Source: Arcobacteraceae bacterium (GTDB taxonomy: Bacteria > Campylobacterota > Campylobacteria > Campylobacterales > Arcobacteraceae). From it: a stretch of 64,000 nucleotides of DNA. The stretch spans positions 42,186 to 106,185 of the forward strand of contig JBLWVX010000005.1 in the NCBI GenBank assembly GCA_048268245.1, in the 5' to 3' direction. The stretch's first letter is position 1. Every line of letters begins with the position of its first letter. Below are positions 29,387 to 39,969 of this stretch, piece after piece. A program made the position numbers and the translations under genes. The notes under the pieces were generated by a model that made no database searches, had not been told where the DNA came from, and saw only the letters and a program-made list of their open reading frames with translations.

Positions 29387-31078
29387 ATGAGTATTGGTTT
29401 ACAAGCATTTTTTGCTGCATTACCTATATTTTTAGCTGGTATTTTACTAGTAGGTTTAAGGGTTTCTGCTAAAAAAGCAATGCCTTTAGTTTATATTGCA
29501 ACAGTTGGTGTTGCATTTGTTGTGTGGGAAGTTTCTTTCAATAGAGTTATGGCTTCAACTATTCAAGGTCTACTTATAACAGTTGCTGTTTTATGGATTA
29601 TTTTTGGTGCGATTTTACTTTTAAATACACTAAAACATTCAGGTGCGATTGCTGTAATTAGACAAGGTTTCAACAATATTAGTCCAGATAGAAGACTTCA
29701 AGTGATTATTATTGCTTGGTTATTTGGCTCATTCATTGAAGGTGCTTCTGGATTTGGTACACCTGCTGCTATTGCTGCACCACTTTTAGTTGCGATTGGT
29801 TTCCCTGCTATGGCTGCTGTAATGGTTGGTATGATGATTCAAAGTACACCTGTATCTTTTGGTGCAGTTGGAACGCCTATTTTAATAGGGGTAAATAAAG
29901 GTTTAGATGCTCAAGGAATAGGGCTAACTTTAGAAACTTTAGGTTCATCTTGGGATGCTTATTTACAAATTATTACTTCTCAAGTTGCTATCACTCATGC
30001 AATAGTTGGTACTTTAATACCTTTATTTATGACAGTAATGCTAACAAGATTTTTTGGTGAAAATAAATCATGGAGTGAAGGTTTAAGTATTTTACCATTT
30101 GCTATTTTTGCTGGACTTGCATTTACTATTCCTTATGCTTTAACAGGAATTTTCTTAGGTGCGGAATTCCCATCATTAATAGGTGCATTAGTTGGACTTC
30201 CAATAGTTATGTTTGCAGCTAAAAAAGGTTTCTTAGTTCCTAAGAAAACTTGGGATTTTGCTCCTAAAGAGAAATGGCCTACATCATGGGTTTCAAAATT
30301 AGAGATTAAATTAGATGCAATGAGTGCAAAAGTTCCAATGTCTTTAACAAAAGCTTGGATTCCATACGTATTAGTTGCTGTAATTTTAGTAATCACAAGA
30401 GTTAGTGATGAAGCAAAAGCTTTTGTTAAATCTTGGGTTATTCCATTTAAAGATATTTTAGGTGAAAACTTAGCTTACTCTATTACGCCACTTTACTTAC
30501 CTGGTGGTATTTTAGTATTTGTGGTATTAGTTACTTATTTCTTACATAAAATGGAATTTAAAGAAATGAAAGAAGCTATTGGTGAGTCTTCTAAAATTAT
30601 GTTAGGTGCTGGATTTGTTCTTGTATTTACAATCCCTTTAGTTAGAGTTTTAATCAATTCAGGTGTAAATGATTCTGGTTTTGATTCAATGCCTGTAGCA
30701 ATGGCTAATTTTGTGGCTGCATCAGTTGGAGATATTTATCCATTATTCGCTCCAATGGTAGGTGCTTTAGGTGCATTTATTGCAGGAAGTAATACTGTTT
30801 CAAATATGATGTTAGCACAATATCAGTTTGGTGTAGCAGATGCTTTAGGAGTATCAACTGCGTTTATGGTTGCACTTCAAGCTGTAGGAGCAGCAGCTGG
30901 TAATATGATTGCAATTCATAATGTTGTTGCAGCAAGTGCAACTGTTGGACTTCTTGATCAAGAAGGACAAACACTAAGAAGAACAATTATTCCTACAATT
31001 TATTATTGTTTATTAGCAGGTATTATAGGACTTGTTGGTATGTATGTATTAGGTGTAGTTGATCCACTTATGAAATAA
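29387..31078 (+). CDS. lctP: L-lactate permease
   Basis: [54 protein letters not shown]. Confidence 0.93.
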   Translation: MSIGLQAFFAALPIFLAGILLVGLRVSAKKAMPLVYIATVGVAFVVWEVSFNRVMASTIQGLLITVAVLWIIFGAILLLNTLKHSGAIAVIRQGFNNISPDRRLQVIIIAWLFGSFIEGASGFGTPAAIAAPLLVAIGFPAMAAVMVGMMIQSTPVSFGAVGTPILIGVNKGLDAQGIGLTLETLGSSWDAYLQIITSQVAITHAIVGTLIPLFMTVMLTRFFGENKSWSEGLSILPFAIFAGLAFTIPYALTGIFLGAEFPSLIGALVGLPIVMFAAKKGFLVPKKTWDFAPKEKWPTSWVSKLEIKLDAMSAKVPMSLTKAWIPYVLVAVILVITRVSDEAKAFVKSWVIPFKDILGENLAYSITPLYLPGGILVFVVLVTYFLHKMEFKEMKEAIGESSKIMLGAGFVLVFTIPLVRVLINSGVNDSGFDSMPVAMANFVAASVGDIYPLFAPMVGALGAFIAGSNTVSNMMLAQYQFGVADALGVSTAFMVALQAVGAAAGNMIAIHNVVAASATVGLLDQEGQTLRRTIIPTIYYCLLAGIIGLVGMYVLGVVDPLMK

Positions 31079-31104
31079 AGAAAAGAGAATTTCTCTCTTT
31101 TCTT
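31078..31104. terminator. Hairpin terminator after lctP
   Basis: AAGAAAAGAGA-ATTTC-TCTCTTTTCTT, 11-bp stem. Confidence 0.65.
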
Positions 31105-31116
31105 AAACTACTATTT

Positions 31117-31158
31117 TAACCTCTTTATAACCTCTTTTTTGATAATCTAAACTATAAT
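31117..31158 (+). promoter_or_regulatory. 11-bp-period direct repeat plus -10 box upstream of the ankyrin pair
   Basis: TAACCTCTTTA TAACCTCTTTT (31117-31138) and TATAAT at 31153-31158. Confidence 0.45.
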
Positions 31159-31182
31159 TTTTATACATAGGCAACTAATTTT

Positions 31183-33114
31183 ATGTTAAATAAACTTTTA
31201 GAAAAAAAAGAACTATTATTTGGTAAAAAAGAGTCATTAGAAGAACTTGTACTAAAAAAGCCTTTTAATGAAAAAAAACTTCAAAAAGCAATATATTCAT
31301 ATGAATTAGACTTAAATAATCAATATTTATTAAAACTATGTATAGAGAATAACTCTTATGAAGCTTTAACTTTTCTTGTGGAAAAAGCTGGTTTTAAAAT
31401 AGAAAAACTAGATGTAAATAAAGAGAACTTACTATTCTTAGCTATAAAAGAAAAATCCAAAGAGTGTTGTAAAGTTTTATTAGCAAATAATATAGATGTA
31501 AATCAAGCAAACATAAATAAAGTAACCCCCTTACATCTTGTAACAAAAAGTGGAATGCAAGAGATATTTGATATTATCACTGATAGAGTTGATAACCTTG
31601 AAATTGAAGATAAAGATGGAAGAAATATTCTATTTTATGCTATACAATCAAAAAAGTTTGAGATTATAAAAAAAGTATTTCAACTAACTTCTATAAAACT
31701 TAACTTTAAAGATAAGCAAGAAAATACTATCGTTCATTTAAAAGAAATTACTGCAAATCTTGAGTTATTTAAATTCTTTGTAAGTAAAGGATTAAATGTA
31801 GATAATATAAATAAGAATAATGAAGATTTTTTATATTTAAACTGTTTAGATTTAGATATCCCAGAAGAACTTTTTATATCATTTTTACAAAAAAGTAATT
31901 TAAAAGATAGAAAATATGGATTAAATGAAGAATCAATTTTGATGAGAATAGTAAAAAAAATACTCTCAATAGATATTCAAGTTTTAGAAAACAAAGGGCT
32001 GGTTACTAAATATCAAGATAGACTTATTTCATTTATTGAACATGGAGTTGATGCAAATAGTTTAAATAGTGAAAATGAAAACTTTTTATTTGATGTAGTT
32101 AAAGCAAAGAATTATTTAGTTTTAGAGTTTTTAGTAAATAGAACTAAAGTAAATATTAATCAAATCAATAAACATGGTCAAAACTTACTTGATTTAGCAA
32201 TTTTTAATGATAAACCAAATATAGAGTTAATTAAAAAGTTAGTTTATACAAATATAGATTGTAGTGTAAAAGACAAAGATGGTTTTACAATTGTTGAGAA
32301 ACTTGTAGATGTTATTTTAAGTGAAGATATTCCTAATAGAGTACGTAAAATTGGAAAAACAAAAAGTGCTAAGAATGTAAATTATACTCAAGTTTTAACA
32401 TTTATTTTAGACTATACAAAAATTGATACAAATGAAATTATGTTTGAAGGTGAACCAATTGTTTTTGAAATAGGAAAATCTTTTCATGTACCATTATTAG
32501 AAATATTTAAAAAATATGGTGCAAATTTAAATATAGTGGGTAAAAAAGATAAGCTTACAATCTTTTATAAGGTTTTAGAAGCAGGTAAAAATGCTAGGGA
32601 TGAGAGAGCACTTTTTTTAAAAATGTTAAAGTACTTAGTATTGTGTGATGTTGATTTAGACCATAAAGACTCCCATGGTGGAAATGTTATACATAAAGCT
32701 ATTTTAGACCATGATCTACAAGTAGTAAACATTTTAACCTTAAGAGTTAAAAATTTTAAAGCAAGAGATAAAAAAGGAAGAACATATATTCATAATACAG
32801 TTTGGGATAATAAAGCAGATATTTTAAAGAAAATTGCTTTTAAAAATAAAGAATTGATGAATATACCTGATAAATTTGGTTTATTACCTATTAACTATGG
32901 GGTTATTATGGGCAAAAAAGAAGTTGTATTTGCTTTAATAAAAATGGGAGCTTATTTAAATAACCCAAACAAAGTAAATGAGCAATTTAAAGAGCAATTC
33001 TTTTCTAAGCTTGGAAAATTAGAAGATATTTTAAGTTCAACTATGACAGAAAATGAAAGAACTTTAATGACTGAGTTAGTTAGAAGTATGCAAAAAGAAC
33101 TTAATATAGAATAG
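31183..33114 (+). CDS. Ankyrin-repeat protein, paralogue 1
   Basis: Repeated TPLHL / GRNILFYAI / GGNVIHKAI / GRTYIH units; no signal peptide. Confidence 0.88.
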   Translation: MLNKLLEKKELLFGKKESLEELVLKKPFNEKKLQKAIYSYELDLNNQYLLKLCIENNSYEALTFLVEKAGFKIEKLDVNKENLLFLAIKEKSKECCKVLLANNIDVNQANINKVTPLHLVTKSGMQEIFDIITDRVDNLEIEDKDGRNILFYAIQSKKFEIIKKVFQLTSIKLNFKDKQENTIVHLKEITANLELFKFFVSKGLNVDNINKNNEDFLYLNCLDLDIPEELFISFLQKSNLKDRKYGLNEESILMRIVKKILSIDIQVLENKGLVTKYQDRLISFIEHGVDANSLNSENENFLFDVVKAKNYLVLEFLVNRTKVNINQINKHGQNLLDLAIFNDKPNIELIKKLVYTNIDCSVKDKDGFTIVEKLVDVILSEDIPNRVRKIGKTKSAKNVNYTQVLTFILDYTKIDTNEIMFEGEPIVFEIGKSFHVPLLEIFKKYGANLNIVGKKDKLTIFYKVLEAGKNARDERALFLKMLKYLVLCDVDLDHKDSHGGNVIHKAILDHDLQVVNILTLRVKNFKARDKKGRTYIHNTVWDNKADILKKIAFKNKELMNIPDKFGLLPINYGVIMGKKEVVFALIKMGAYLNNPNKVNEQFKEQFFSKLGKLEDILSSTMTENERTLMTELVRSMQKELNIE

Positions 33115-33209
33115 AAATAATTTTTAAAATACCTTAAATTTGGGGTTTTAATTCAAGTATAATAAAAGAATTGGTATTCTTTCTACAATGAAAGAGAAAA
33201 GGTATAATA

Positions 33210-35123
33210 ATGCTAGGTAATTTGTTTGGTAGTAGTGAAACTATCGAAGAGTTAATAATAAAGAAACCTTTTAATGAAAAAGCAGTAGAAAAAAAATTAG
33301 CTAAATCTGATTTTAATAAAAATGATAGTTCTTTACTTCATCATTGTGCTAAGTATGATGCTTTTAATGCAGTTAATTACTTACTAAATATTGGAGTTAA
33401 ACTTAATTCTTTAAATGAATTTAATGAAAATGCACTTTTCACAGCATTAAAAAACTCAAGTTTAGAAACTTCTAAATTATTATTAAAAAAAGGTATAGAT
33501 GTAAATCAAGAAAATTTAGATGGTGAAATCCCTTTACATTTAGCTTTTAAATATGGAGCAATTCAATTAATAGACATAATTGCTTCAAAAACACAAGATA
33601 CAAATAAAAAAAATAAACAAGGTAGAACAGCACTATTTTATGCAATACAGTCAAAAAATAGATTAGCTATTAAAAAAGTTTTAACCTTAAGTAGTGAACT
33701 AGATATAAATCAACAAGATAATAATGGTAATACAATCTGTCATCTAAAAGAGATAACTTCTGATTTAAATATTTTTGATGGATTGATAGACTTAGGATTA
33801 GATTTAAATTCAATAAACAATAATGGAGAAGATTTTTTATATCTAAATTGTTTGGACTTAGATTTAAATAATAACCTTTTTTCTTTTGCTATAAGAAATA
33901 ATGCTTCTTTAAATAGAAGATATGGTACAAAGAAAAATACTTTATTAATGCATTTAGTAAATAAACTATTAACTTATGATATTCAAGTTTATGAAAATAA
34001 AAGTTTTATAAATAAATACCAAGATAGAATAATGACTTTTATTGAAAATGGTGCAAATGTAAATCTTCTAAATTTAGAAGAAGAGAATTTGCTATTTAAT
34101 ATTATAAGAGCAAGAAGTGAGTTTAATTTAGACTTTATTCTTAACTCTACATCTATAAATGTGAACCAAACTAATGCTATTGGAAATACAGTTTTAGATA
34201 TTGCTATTTTTAATGGTAAACCTAATATTGATTTAATTAAAAGACTTCTTTTTTCTAATATTGACTCGAGTTTAAAAGATAAGAATAATCATAGTGTTAT
34301 TGAAAAAGTGGTAGATATTATATTAAGTGAAAATTCTCCAAATAGAGTTAGAAAAGTATCTAATATTAGGGTATATCCTGAGGTTGATTATAATCAGATT
34401 TTAAATTTACTTCTAGAGTTTATAAAAGTTGATATAAATGAAATTTTCTTTGAAAGTGAGCCTATTATTTTTGAAATTGCAAAATATTTTAATGTTCCTT
34501 TACTTGAGACGTTTAAAAAGTATGGGGCAAATTTAGATATTTTAAGTAAAAAAGATAATCTAAATGTATTTTATAGCGTTCTTCAATCAGGAAAAGAACA
34601 AAAGAACCAAAAACAAAACTTCCATAAAACTTTGAATTTTTTAGTTTTAAATAACATAAATATTGATTGTAAAGACTCTTATGGAGGAAATGTAATACAT
34701 AAAGCAATATTAGACCATGATTTACAAGTTATAAATATTCTTACTAAAAGAATAGGGGACTACAGAGCAGTTGATAATAAAGGTAGAAACTACATCCATA
34801 ATACAGTATGGAGTGATAAAATAGATATACTGAAGAAAATTGCTTTAAAAAATAGAGACCTTATTAATAAACCTGATAGATTTGGTATTTTACCAATAAA
34901 CTATGCTGTTATTATGGGAAAAAAAGAGGTTGTATTTTCTTTAATAAAATTAGGAGCTTTTTTAAATAATCATAATAAAATCAATCAGCAGTTTAAAGAG
35001 AGCTTTTTCTCTAAACTAGGAGATTTAGATGATATCTTAAATACTTCTATGACTGTAAATGAAAGAAGTTTAATGACTAAACTTGTATCTAATATGAAAG
35101 AAGAGTTTCACATAAAGAAATAG
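33210..35123 (+). CDS. Ankyrin-repeat protein, paralogue 2
   Basis: GEIPLHLAF, GRTALFYAI, GNTVLDIAI; colinear with paralogue 1. Confidence 0.88.
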   Translation: MLGNLFGSSETIEELIIKKPFNEKAVEKKLAKSDFNKNDSSLLHHCAKYDAFNAVNYLLNIGVKLNSLNEFNENALFTALKNSSLETSKLLLKKGIDVNQENLDGEIPLHLAFKYGAIQLIDIIASKTQDTNKKNKQGRTALFYAIQSKNRLAIKKVLTLSSELDINQQDNNGNTICHLKEITSDLNIFDGLIDLGLDLNSINNNGEDFLYLNCLDLDLNNNLFSFAIRNNASLNRRYGTKKNTLLMHLVNKLLTYDIQVYENKSFINKYQDRIMTFIENGANVNLLNLEEENLLFNIIRARSEFNLDFILNSTSINVNQTNAIGNTVLDIAIFNGKPNIDLIKRLLFSNIDSSLKDKNNHSVIEKVVDIILSENSPNRVRKVSNIRVYPEVDYNQILNLLLEFIKVDINEIFFESEPIIFEIAKYFNVPLLETFKKYGANLDILSKKDNLNVFYSVLQSGKEQKNQKQNFHKTLNFLVLNNINIDCKDSYGGNVIHKAILDHDLQVINILTKRIGDYRAVDNKGRNYIHNTVWSDKIDILKKIALKNRDLINKPDRFGILPINYAVIMGKKEVVFSLIKLGAFLNNHNKINQQFKESFFSKLGDLDDILNTSMTVNERSLMTKLVSNMKEEFHIKK

Positions 35124-35128
35124 CTTTA

Positions 35129-35399
35129 TTAGTTTTTTACTGTTTGCGCTATCTTCTTTAACTCTTCTTTTAGTTTTATAAAAACATCAATAATTTCAGG
35201 ATCAAAGTGTTTACCTTTTCCTTCAAGAATTATATTTTCTGCATCTTTGTATGTAAATGATGGCAGAGTCTTGGTATATATCTTTTGTATTTACATTGGC
35301 ATTGTTTTAATTAGTAGTTTAGCTACTTCAAGTTCATTAAGTCTAACTGCTAAATGTAATAGTTGATATGAATATTGATAGTAAAAATAATTTCTTCAT
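35129..35399 (-). pseudogene. Chimeric remnant: signal peptide + ankyrin repeat fragment + HD-GYP C-terminus
   Basis: AAGGA-ATG MKKLFLLSIFISTITFSS*; overlapping frames give LHLAVRLNELEVAKLLIK/NNANVNTKD (ankyrin) and PSFTYKDAENIILEGKGKHFDPEIIDVF...* (HD-GYP tail). Confidence 0.7.
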
Positions 35400-35452
35400 G
35401 GATAGTTCCTTAGATTTTATTTTATAAAAAATAGCTTAATAAAAGAATTATT

Positions 35453-37384
35453 TTATTTAGTGTCACTTTCTATTGGTAACATTAGAATAAATTTTGCTCC
35501 ATTGAAATTATTACCCTTATATTCATAAGATACATTCTCAGCAAAAAGTTTTCCTTTTAAACTTTGAGTTATTATATTTTTTGACATATAAAGTCCTATA
35601 CCTGTACCTTCTCCTTTTGTAGTAAAGTAAGGGTTAAATACATTTTTTATAATATTTTTATTTATACCTTGTGCATTATCATATATTTCTAAGTTTAAAT
35701 AATTGTCTTTTTTTGATGTTTTGATAAATATAAATTTATTTTCTTTAAGTTCTTCTTTACATTCAAGTGCTTCAGTTGCATTTTTAATTATATTTACTAA
35801 AACTTGCAATAGTTCATTTTCATTACTTTTAATAGTAACATCTATATCTTCTCTGATTATTTTAATATTACTACTTTTAAAAGAACTTTCTAAAAGTTTT
35901 AGTGTTCTATTTATTGTGTCTGTTACTTTAAACTCATTAAATTGCTTATGAGGTGAAAAGAAGTTTTTAAAATCATCAATAGTTTCTGATAAATATTTTG
36001 TCGATTTTGTAATTTTATCCATTTGTGAATTTATATCTTCAAGATTTAGATGGTCTAATGCATTTTGCATTTTTATTCCAGAAGAAATTGTTGTAATTTG
36101 ACTTAAAGGTTGTTTCCATTGGTGTGCGATATTAGCTATCATTTCTCCCATCGTTGCCATTTTAGCTTGTTGTGACATTAAGTCATCTTTCTCTTTATTT
36201 TCAATGATTTTACTTTCAATCTCTTTTTTATAAAGCTTTAATCTATTTTCTAAAATTCTTGAAATAAAAAAAGATATTATAAGAAGAATTAAAGTTGTTA
36301 AAATACTTATTTTTGTAATTGTTTCAATATTGTCTTGTTTTTTCTTTTCAAGAAGTTCTTTTTTCTCTTCAATTTTTTTATTTAAATTTTCAGTATAAAA
36401 ACCAGTTCCTATAACCCATCTATATGCATCAAATTTTCTGATATAAGAGATCTTTTTATTACTTAGTGCATTTTTATCTGTATTTATAGTAGCTACATAA
36501 GTCATATACTTGCCATCATTATTCTTCGCAAAATTAATAATATCTTGTACTAAATATTTACCTGCATTGTTCTTATAATTTATTCTATTCTTGCCAATAA
36601 GGTTTGTTTTATAATGAGCTAAGTATTTCCCATCAAAATCAATTATAAAAATGTAGGCATTATCTGCATATCTTATTTTTTTTACATACTCTAAAATCTT
36701 AGTTTTTAGTTTTGCTTCAAAATCAACTATATACTCACCTGTTCCTATTATAATATCATAAGGTTCAAAGTATTTATAAAATGAAATTTTTTCAAAGGCT
36801 TCATTTGAGTTATGATTTTTATACCAAAAATATGAATCAAAACTTTCACTTTTATTTTTTATTGTTTCAATCATTTTTCTAACAGGATAATTGCCTTTTT
36901 TATCTTTTAAGTTTATAAAGTTTTTACCTTCAATAGACTTATTTAATGGTTGAAGCACATTATTTCCATATTTGTCATTTATAAAGAAATATCCTCTTCC
37001 ATCGTTAAAGATTATACTTTCTAATGTAGTTTTTATTAAAGAAAAGATTTCTTCTTTTGATTTTGTATCTTTATTTTTTTCATAGATTTTTGTAGCAATA
37101 TTATGAGCAAGATAAACTTTTTCTTTAATAAAAAGTTTTAGCTCTTTTTCTGTATTCTTTTTCTCGTTTTCTATGTAGTTATAAACTCTTTGTACTTCTT
37201 CATATACTCTTTTTTTATTTTGTTGATAGTACTCTTTTTCTAATTCAGTAATCTCATTTTTGTAAGCTGTTTCTTTTTCATTTAGAATTATTTTAGTTGC
37301 AATAAGTGAGAAGATAATAACAAATATAATAGGTGCATACTTTATAAAAACTATTATAAACTTGTCATTATTTGATTTAATCAT
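35453..37384 (-). CDS. Cache-domain sensor histidine kinase
   Basis: Two TMs flanking tandem Cache-type domains (GYFFI, YIFII, WVIGTGFY); GEMIANIAHQWKQPL H-box; FNPYFTTK.EGTGIGLY; start at ATG 37384. Confidence 0.92.
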   Translation of the reverse strand: MIKSNNDKFIIVFIKYAPIIFVIIFSLIATKIILNEKETAYKNEITELEKEYYQQNKKRVYEEVQRVYNYIENEKKNTEKELKLFIKEKVYLAHNIATKIYEKNKDTKSKEEIFSLIKTTLESIIFNDGRGYFFINDKYGNNVLQPLNKSIEGKNFINLKDKKGNYPVRKMIETIKNKSESFDSYFWYKNHNSNEAFEKISFYKYFEPYDIIIGTGEYIVDFEAKLKTKILEYVKKIRYADNAYIFIIDFDGKYLAHYKTNLIGKNRINYKNNAGKYLVQDIINFAKNNDGKYMTYVATINTDKNALSNKKISYIRKFDAYRWVIGTGFYTENLNKKIEEKKELLEKKKQDNIETITKISILTTLILLIISFFISRILENRLKLYKKEIESKIIENKEKDDLMSQQAKMATMGEMIANIAHQWKQPLSQITTISSGIKMQNALDHLNLEDINSQMDKITKSTKYLSETIDDFKNFFSPHKQFNEFKVTDTINRTLKLLESSFKSSNIKIIREDIDVTIKSNENELLQVLVNIIKNATEALECKEELKENKFIFIKTSKKDNYLNLEIYDNAQGINKNIIKNVFNPYFTTKGEGTGIGLYMSKNIITQSLKGKLFAENVSYEYKGNNFNGAKFILMLPIESDTK

Positions 37385-37484
37385 TACTTGCCTTTTTAAT
37401 GTATTTTTTATTATATAATATATGTTATTAAATATAATAAAAAAATACATTAAAAAAGCTTTAAAAAAGGAGTTTAATCCTTTT

Positions 37485-38108
37485 TTAAAAATAAATATTT
37501 TGTGTTAAATCAACAATTTGCTTTAGCATACTTGTATGATCGTTATATTTTATATTTATTGGATAAAGCTCTTTTTTATATTTTAGAACAAGAGAAGGGA
37601 ATACTCTAACTTTAAGTGACCTTCTTAAGTTTAACTCTTCTTGTAAGTCTTCTTCTATTTTTTGACTTTTTAAATCTTCTTCAAATTTTTTTTCATTTAG
37701 GCCAATTTCTTTTGCAAGAGCAATTAAAGTAGAAGCATCACTTGGATTTTTTGCTTCTAGATAATAAGCATTTTGAATAGCTTCTATCATTTCATCTTCT
37801 TTATTTTCATATCTAGCAAGCATAGTAGCTTGGCATGCAAGATAAGTTGAACGTCTTGGCTCACATTTTTTCCAGAAATCGTGATTGAATTTTGTCCCAA
37901 CTTCTTTATTTATTTGGTACCAAATATTTTCAATTATCTCTTGTTGTTCCTTAGGCATAGGTTCATTACTATGTTTAGCTAAACCTCCTACAACATGAAC
38001 AAGTTCCACATTTGAAGGCAGTTCTTTTTTTAAGTTATCAAGGGTTGGTTTAAATGCATAACACCATGAACACATTGGATCATGAACATGGTAAAGTGTT
38101 GATTTCAT
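37485..38108 (-). CDS. DsbA family (thioredoxin-fold) protein
   Basis: HDPMCSWCYAF CxxC motif, VRVFPSL cis-Pro loop. Confidence 0.88.
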   Translation of the reverse strand: MKSTLYHVHDPMCSWCYAFKPTLDNLKKELPSNVELVHVVGGLAKHSNEPMPKEQQEIIENIWYQINKEVGTKFNHDFWKKCEPRRSTYLACQATMLARYENKEDEMIEAIQNAYYLEAKNPSDASTLIALAKEIGLNEKKFEEDLKSQKIEEDLQEELNLRRSLKVRVFPSLVLKYKKELYPINIKYNDHTSMLKQIVDLTQNIYF

Positions 38109-38203
38109 ATATTCTCCTAAAATTTATATTATACTTGTAGTATACTATATTCATTTAAAAAAAATATTGTAGAATATAATTGATTATATAATTAGGGAAA
38201 AAT

Positions 38204-38470
38204 ATGGACTATGAAGAGTTTGAAAAAGCAGTTGATACTTTAGGAGTTTTAACAAAAACTTCAAGAAAAGATTTGAAAAAAAAATATTTAAAACTCTCAA
38301 AAAGATATCATCCAGATATGCCAGAAGGTAGTCATGAAAAGTTTCAAGAAATAAAAGACTCATATGATTTACTTTGTGCATATATGGATTCTTATTGTTT
38401 TTTATTTGATGAAAAAGAGTTTAAAGAGCAGTTCCCCGCTTTTACAAATTATAAAAACTGGAATAAATAA
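38204..38470 (+). CDS. Small J-domain protein
   Basis: LKKKYLKLSKRYHPD...KFQEIKDSY. Confidence 0.85.
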   Translation: MDYEEFEKAVDTLGVLTKTSRKDLKKKYLKLSKRYHPDMPEGSHEKFQEIKDSYDLLCAYMDSYCFLFDEKEFKEQFPAFTNYKNWNK

Positions 38471-38481
38471 AAGGAGAAATA

Positions 38482-39342
38482 ATGTTTGAACAAAAAAAAG
38501 TTAAAGAATTAGTATTAACTTCACTAGTTACAGATGCGTATTGTTTAGGTACACATTGGGTTTATGATGAGAAACAATTATTAGATAATTCAATAGACTT
38601 TGAAAAGTTAAATAAGCCTCTTTCTATTTGGCATAAAGAAAAAGTTGCAGGAGAGTTTACTCATTATGGTGATCAAACTTACTGGCTTTACGAATTTTTA
38701 AAAGATAAAGAAATTTTTGATGAAAAAGAGTATTTGAAGTTTTGGGTATTAAAAATGAGTAGCTACAATGGTTATATTGATGGTGCTTCAAGAAATACTT
38801 TACAAAATATAGAAGATGGGGTGACTCCAAGTGGTTCTAATTCTACAGATTTATCTATTGTAGGAAGAATTGCACCTTTATTAAAAGTTTCAAAGACAAA
38901 AGAAGAGTTTTTAGAAAATGTAGAAAAATTTGTAAAGCTAACGCATAATTCATCTAAGGCTTTAAATGCTTCAAGGTTTTTTGCAAAAGTTTTATTAAAA
39001 GTTTTAGATAAGAAAGATATAAAAGAGGCGATTCTAATATTGAAAGATGAATTTGATATATCAATTCAAAAGCATATTGAAAAAGCAATTGCATCAAAAA
39101 ATAAAGATACTTTCCATGTAATTAGAGAGTTTGGCCCTGCTTGTGATGTAGACCAAGGTTTTGCAGGAACAATACATTTACTTTTAAAATATGATAGTTT
39201 AAAAGAAATGTTAATTGAAAACTCAAAGGCTGGTGGAGATTCTAGTGCTAGAGCCATGATAGCTTCTATAATATTTATGGCAAACAATTCAATAAAGCAA
39301 ATACCAAATGATTGGTTAGCAATTAAAGTGGTAGTAGACTAG
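38482..39342 (+). CDS. ADP-ribosylglycohydrolase family protein
   Basis: DAYCLGTHWVYD, GEFTHYGDQ, KLTH, AGGDSSARA. Confidence 0.8.
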   Translation: MFEQKKVKELVLTSLVTDAYCLGTHWVYDEKQLLDNSIDFEKLNKPLSIWHKEKVAGEFTHYGDQTYWLYEFLKDKEIFDEKEYLKFWVLKMSSYNGYIDGASRNTLQNIEDGVTPSGSNSTDLSIVGRIAPLLKVSKTKEEFLENVEKFVKLTHNSSKALNASRFFAKVLLKVLDKKDIKEAILILKDEFDISIQKHIEKAIASKNKDTFHVIREFGPACDVDQGFAGTIHLLLKYDSLKEMLIENSKAGGDSSARAMIASIIFMANNSIKQIPNDWLAIKVVVD

Positions 39343-39349
39343 GAGATTT

Positions 39350-39781
39350 ATGAAAAAAACAGTACTAAATTTTTTCTCTGATAAATTATATATAGAATTA
39401 GCTATTGCTTCAGTTTTGTTTATTATAGCTTTGTCTTTAGATATGTTAATGGATTTTATTATCTACATGCTTTATTTTATAATCTTTTTAGAGATTGTTA
39501 GAGCTGTAATTAACTATATAAGGGAACAAAGAGTTGCTTTAACACTTTTAGTTGATGCTTTCATAATTCTTGCATTAAGAGAGTTTATTGTAAATGTTGT
39601 GAAGGTTAATAAAGAAGAGTTAAATACAATAGAAGCAATATTTAGCAGTTCGGTTAATTATAATCTTCTTATTTTATCAGGAGTAATAGTGTTTTTACTT
39701 GTTGTCAGATACTTCTCTATTAAAACTTCTCAAAAATATTTATTTTCTAGAAAGTTAAAAGAGGATAAAAAAAACGATTAA
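39350..39781 (+). CDS. PsiE family membrane protein
   Basis: Four hydrophobic segments; FLEIVR..YI, LVDAFIILALRE. Confidence 0.72.
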   Translation: MKKTVLNFFSDKLYIELAIASVLFIIALSLDMLMDFIIYMLYFIIFLEIVRAVINYIREQRVALTLLVDAFIILALREFIVNVVKVNKEELNTIEAIFSSSVNYNLLILSGVIVFLLVVRYFSIKTSQKYLFSRKLKEDKKND

Positions 39782-39969
39782 TGTAACTTATCGTAGGATA
39801 TAGAATAATTAGTAAATGTTATTCAATTATACTTAAATATTAAAGTTATTTTAATTGAAAACAGAATATTATTTAGCAAGAGTAATGATTCTTTGAGGGG
39901 TTTAATAAGAATTATTAGAAAATAGGAATTATTATTAAAGAATTTCTATTAAAGAATAAAGGGGTAATT

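Noticed and set aside
29191..29472. 93-aa ORF upstream of and overlapping lctP
   Set aside because: Spans the AT-rich divergent promoter region, has no RBS and overlaps lctP out of frame
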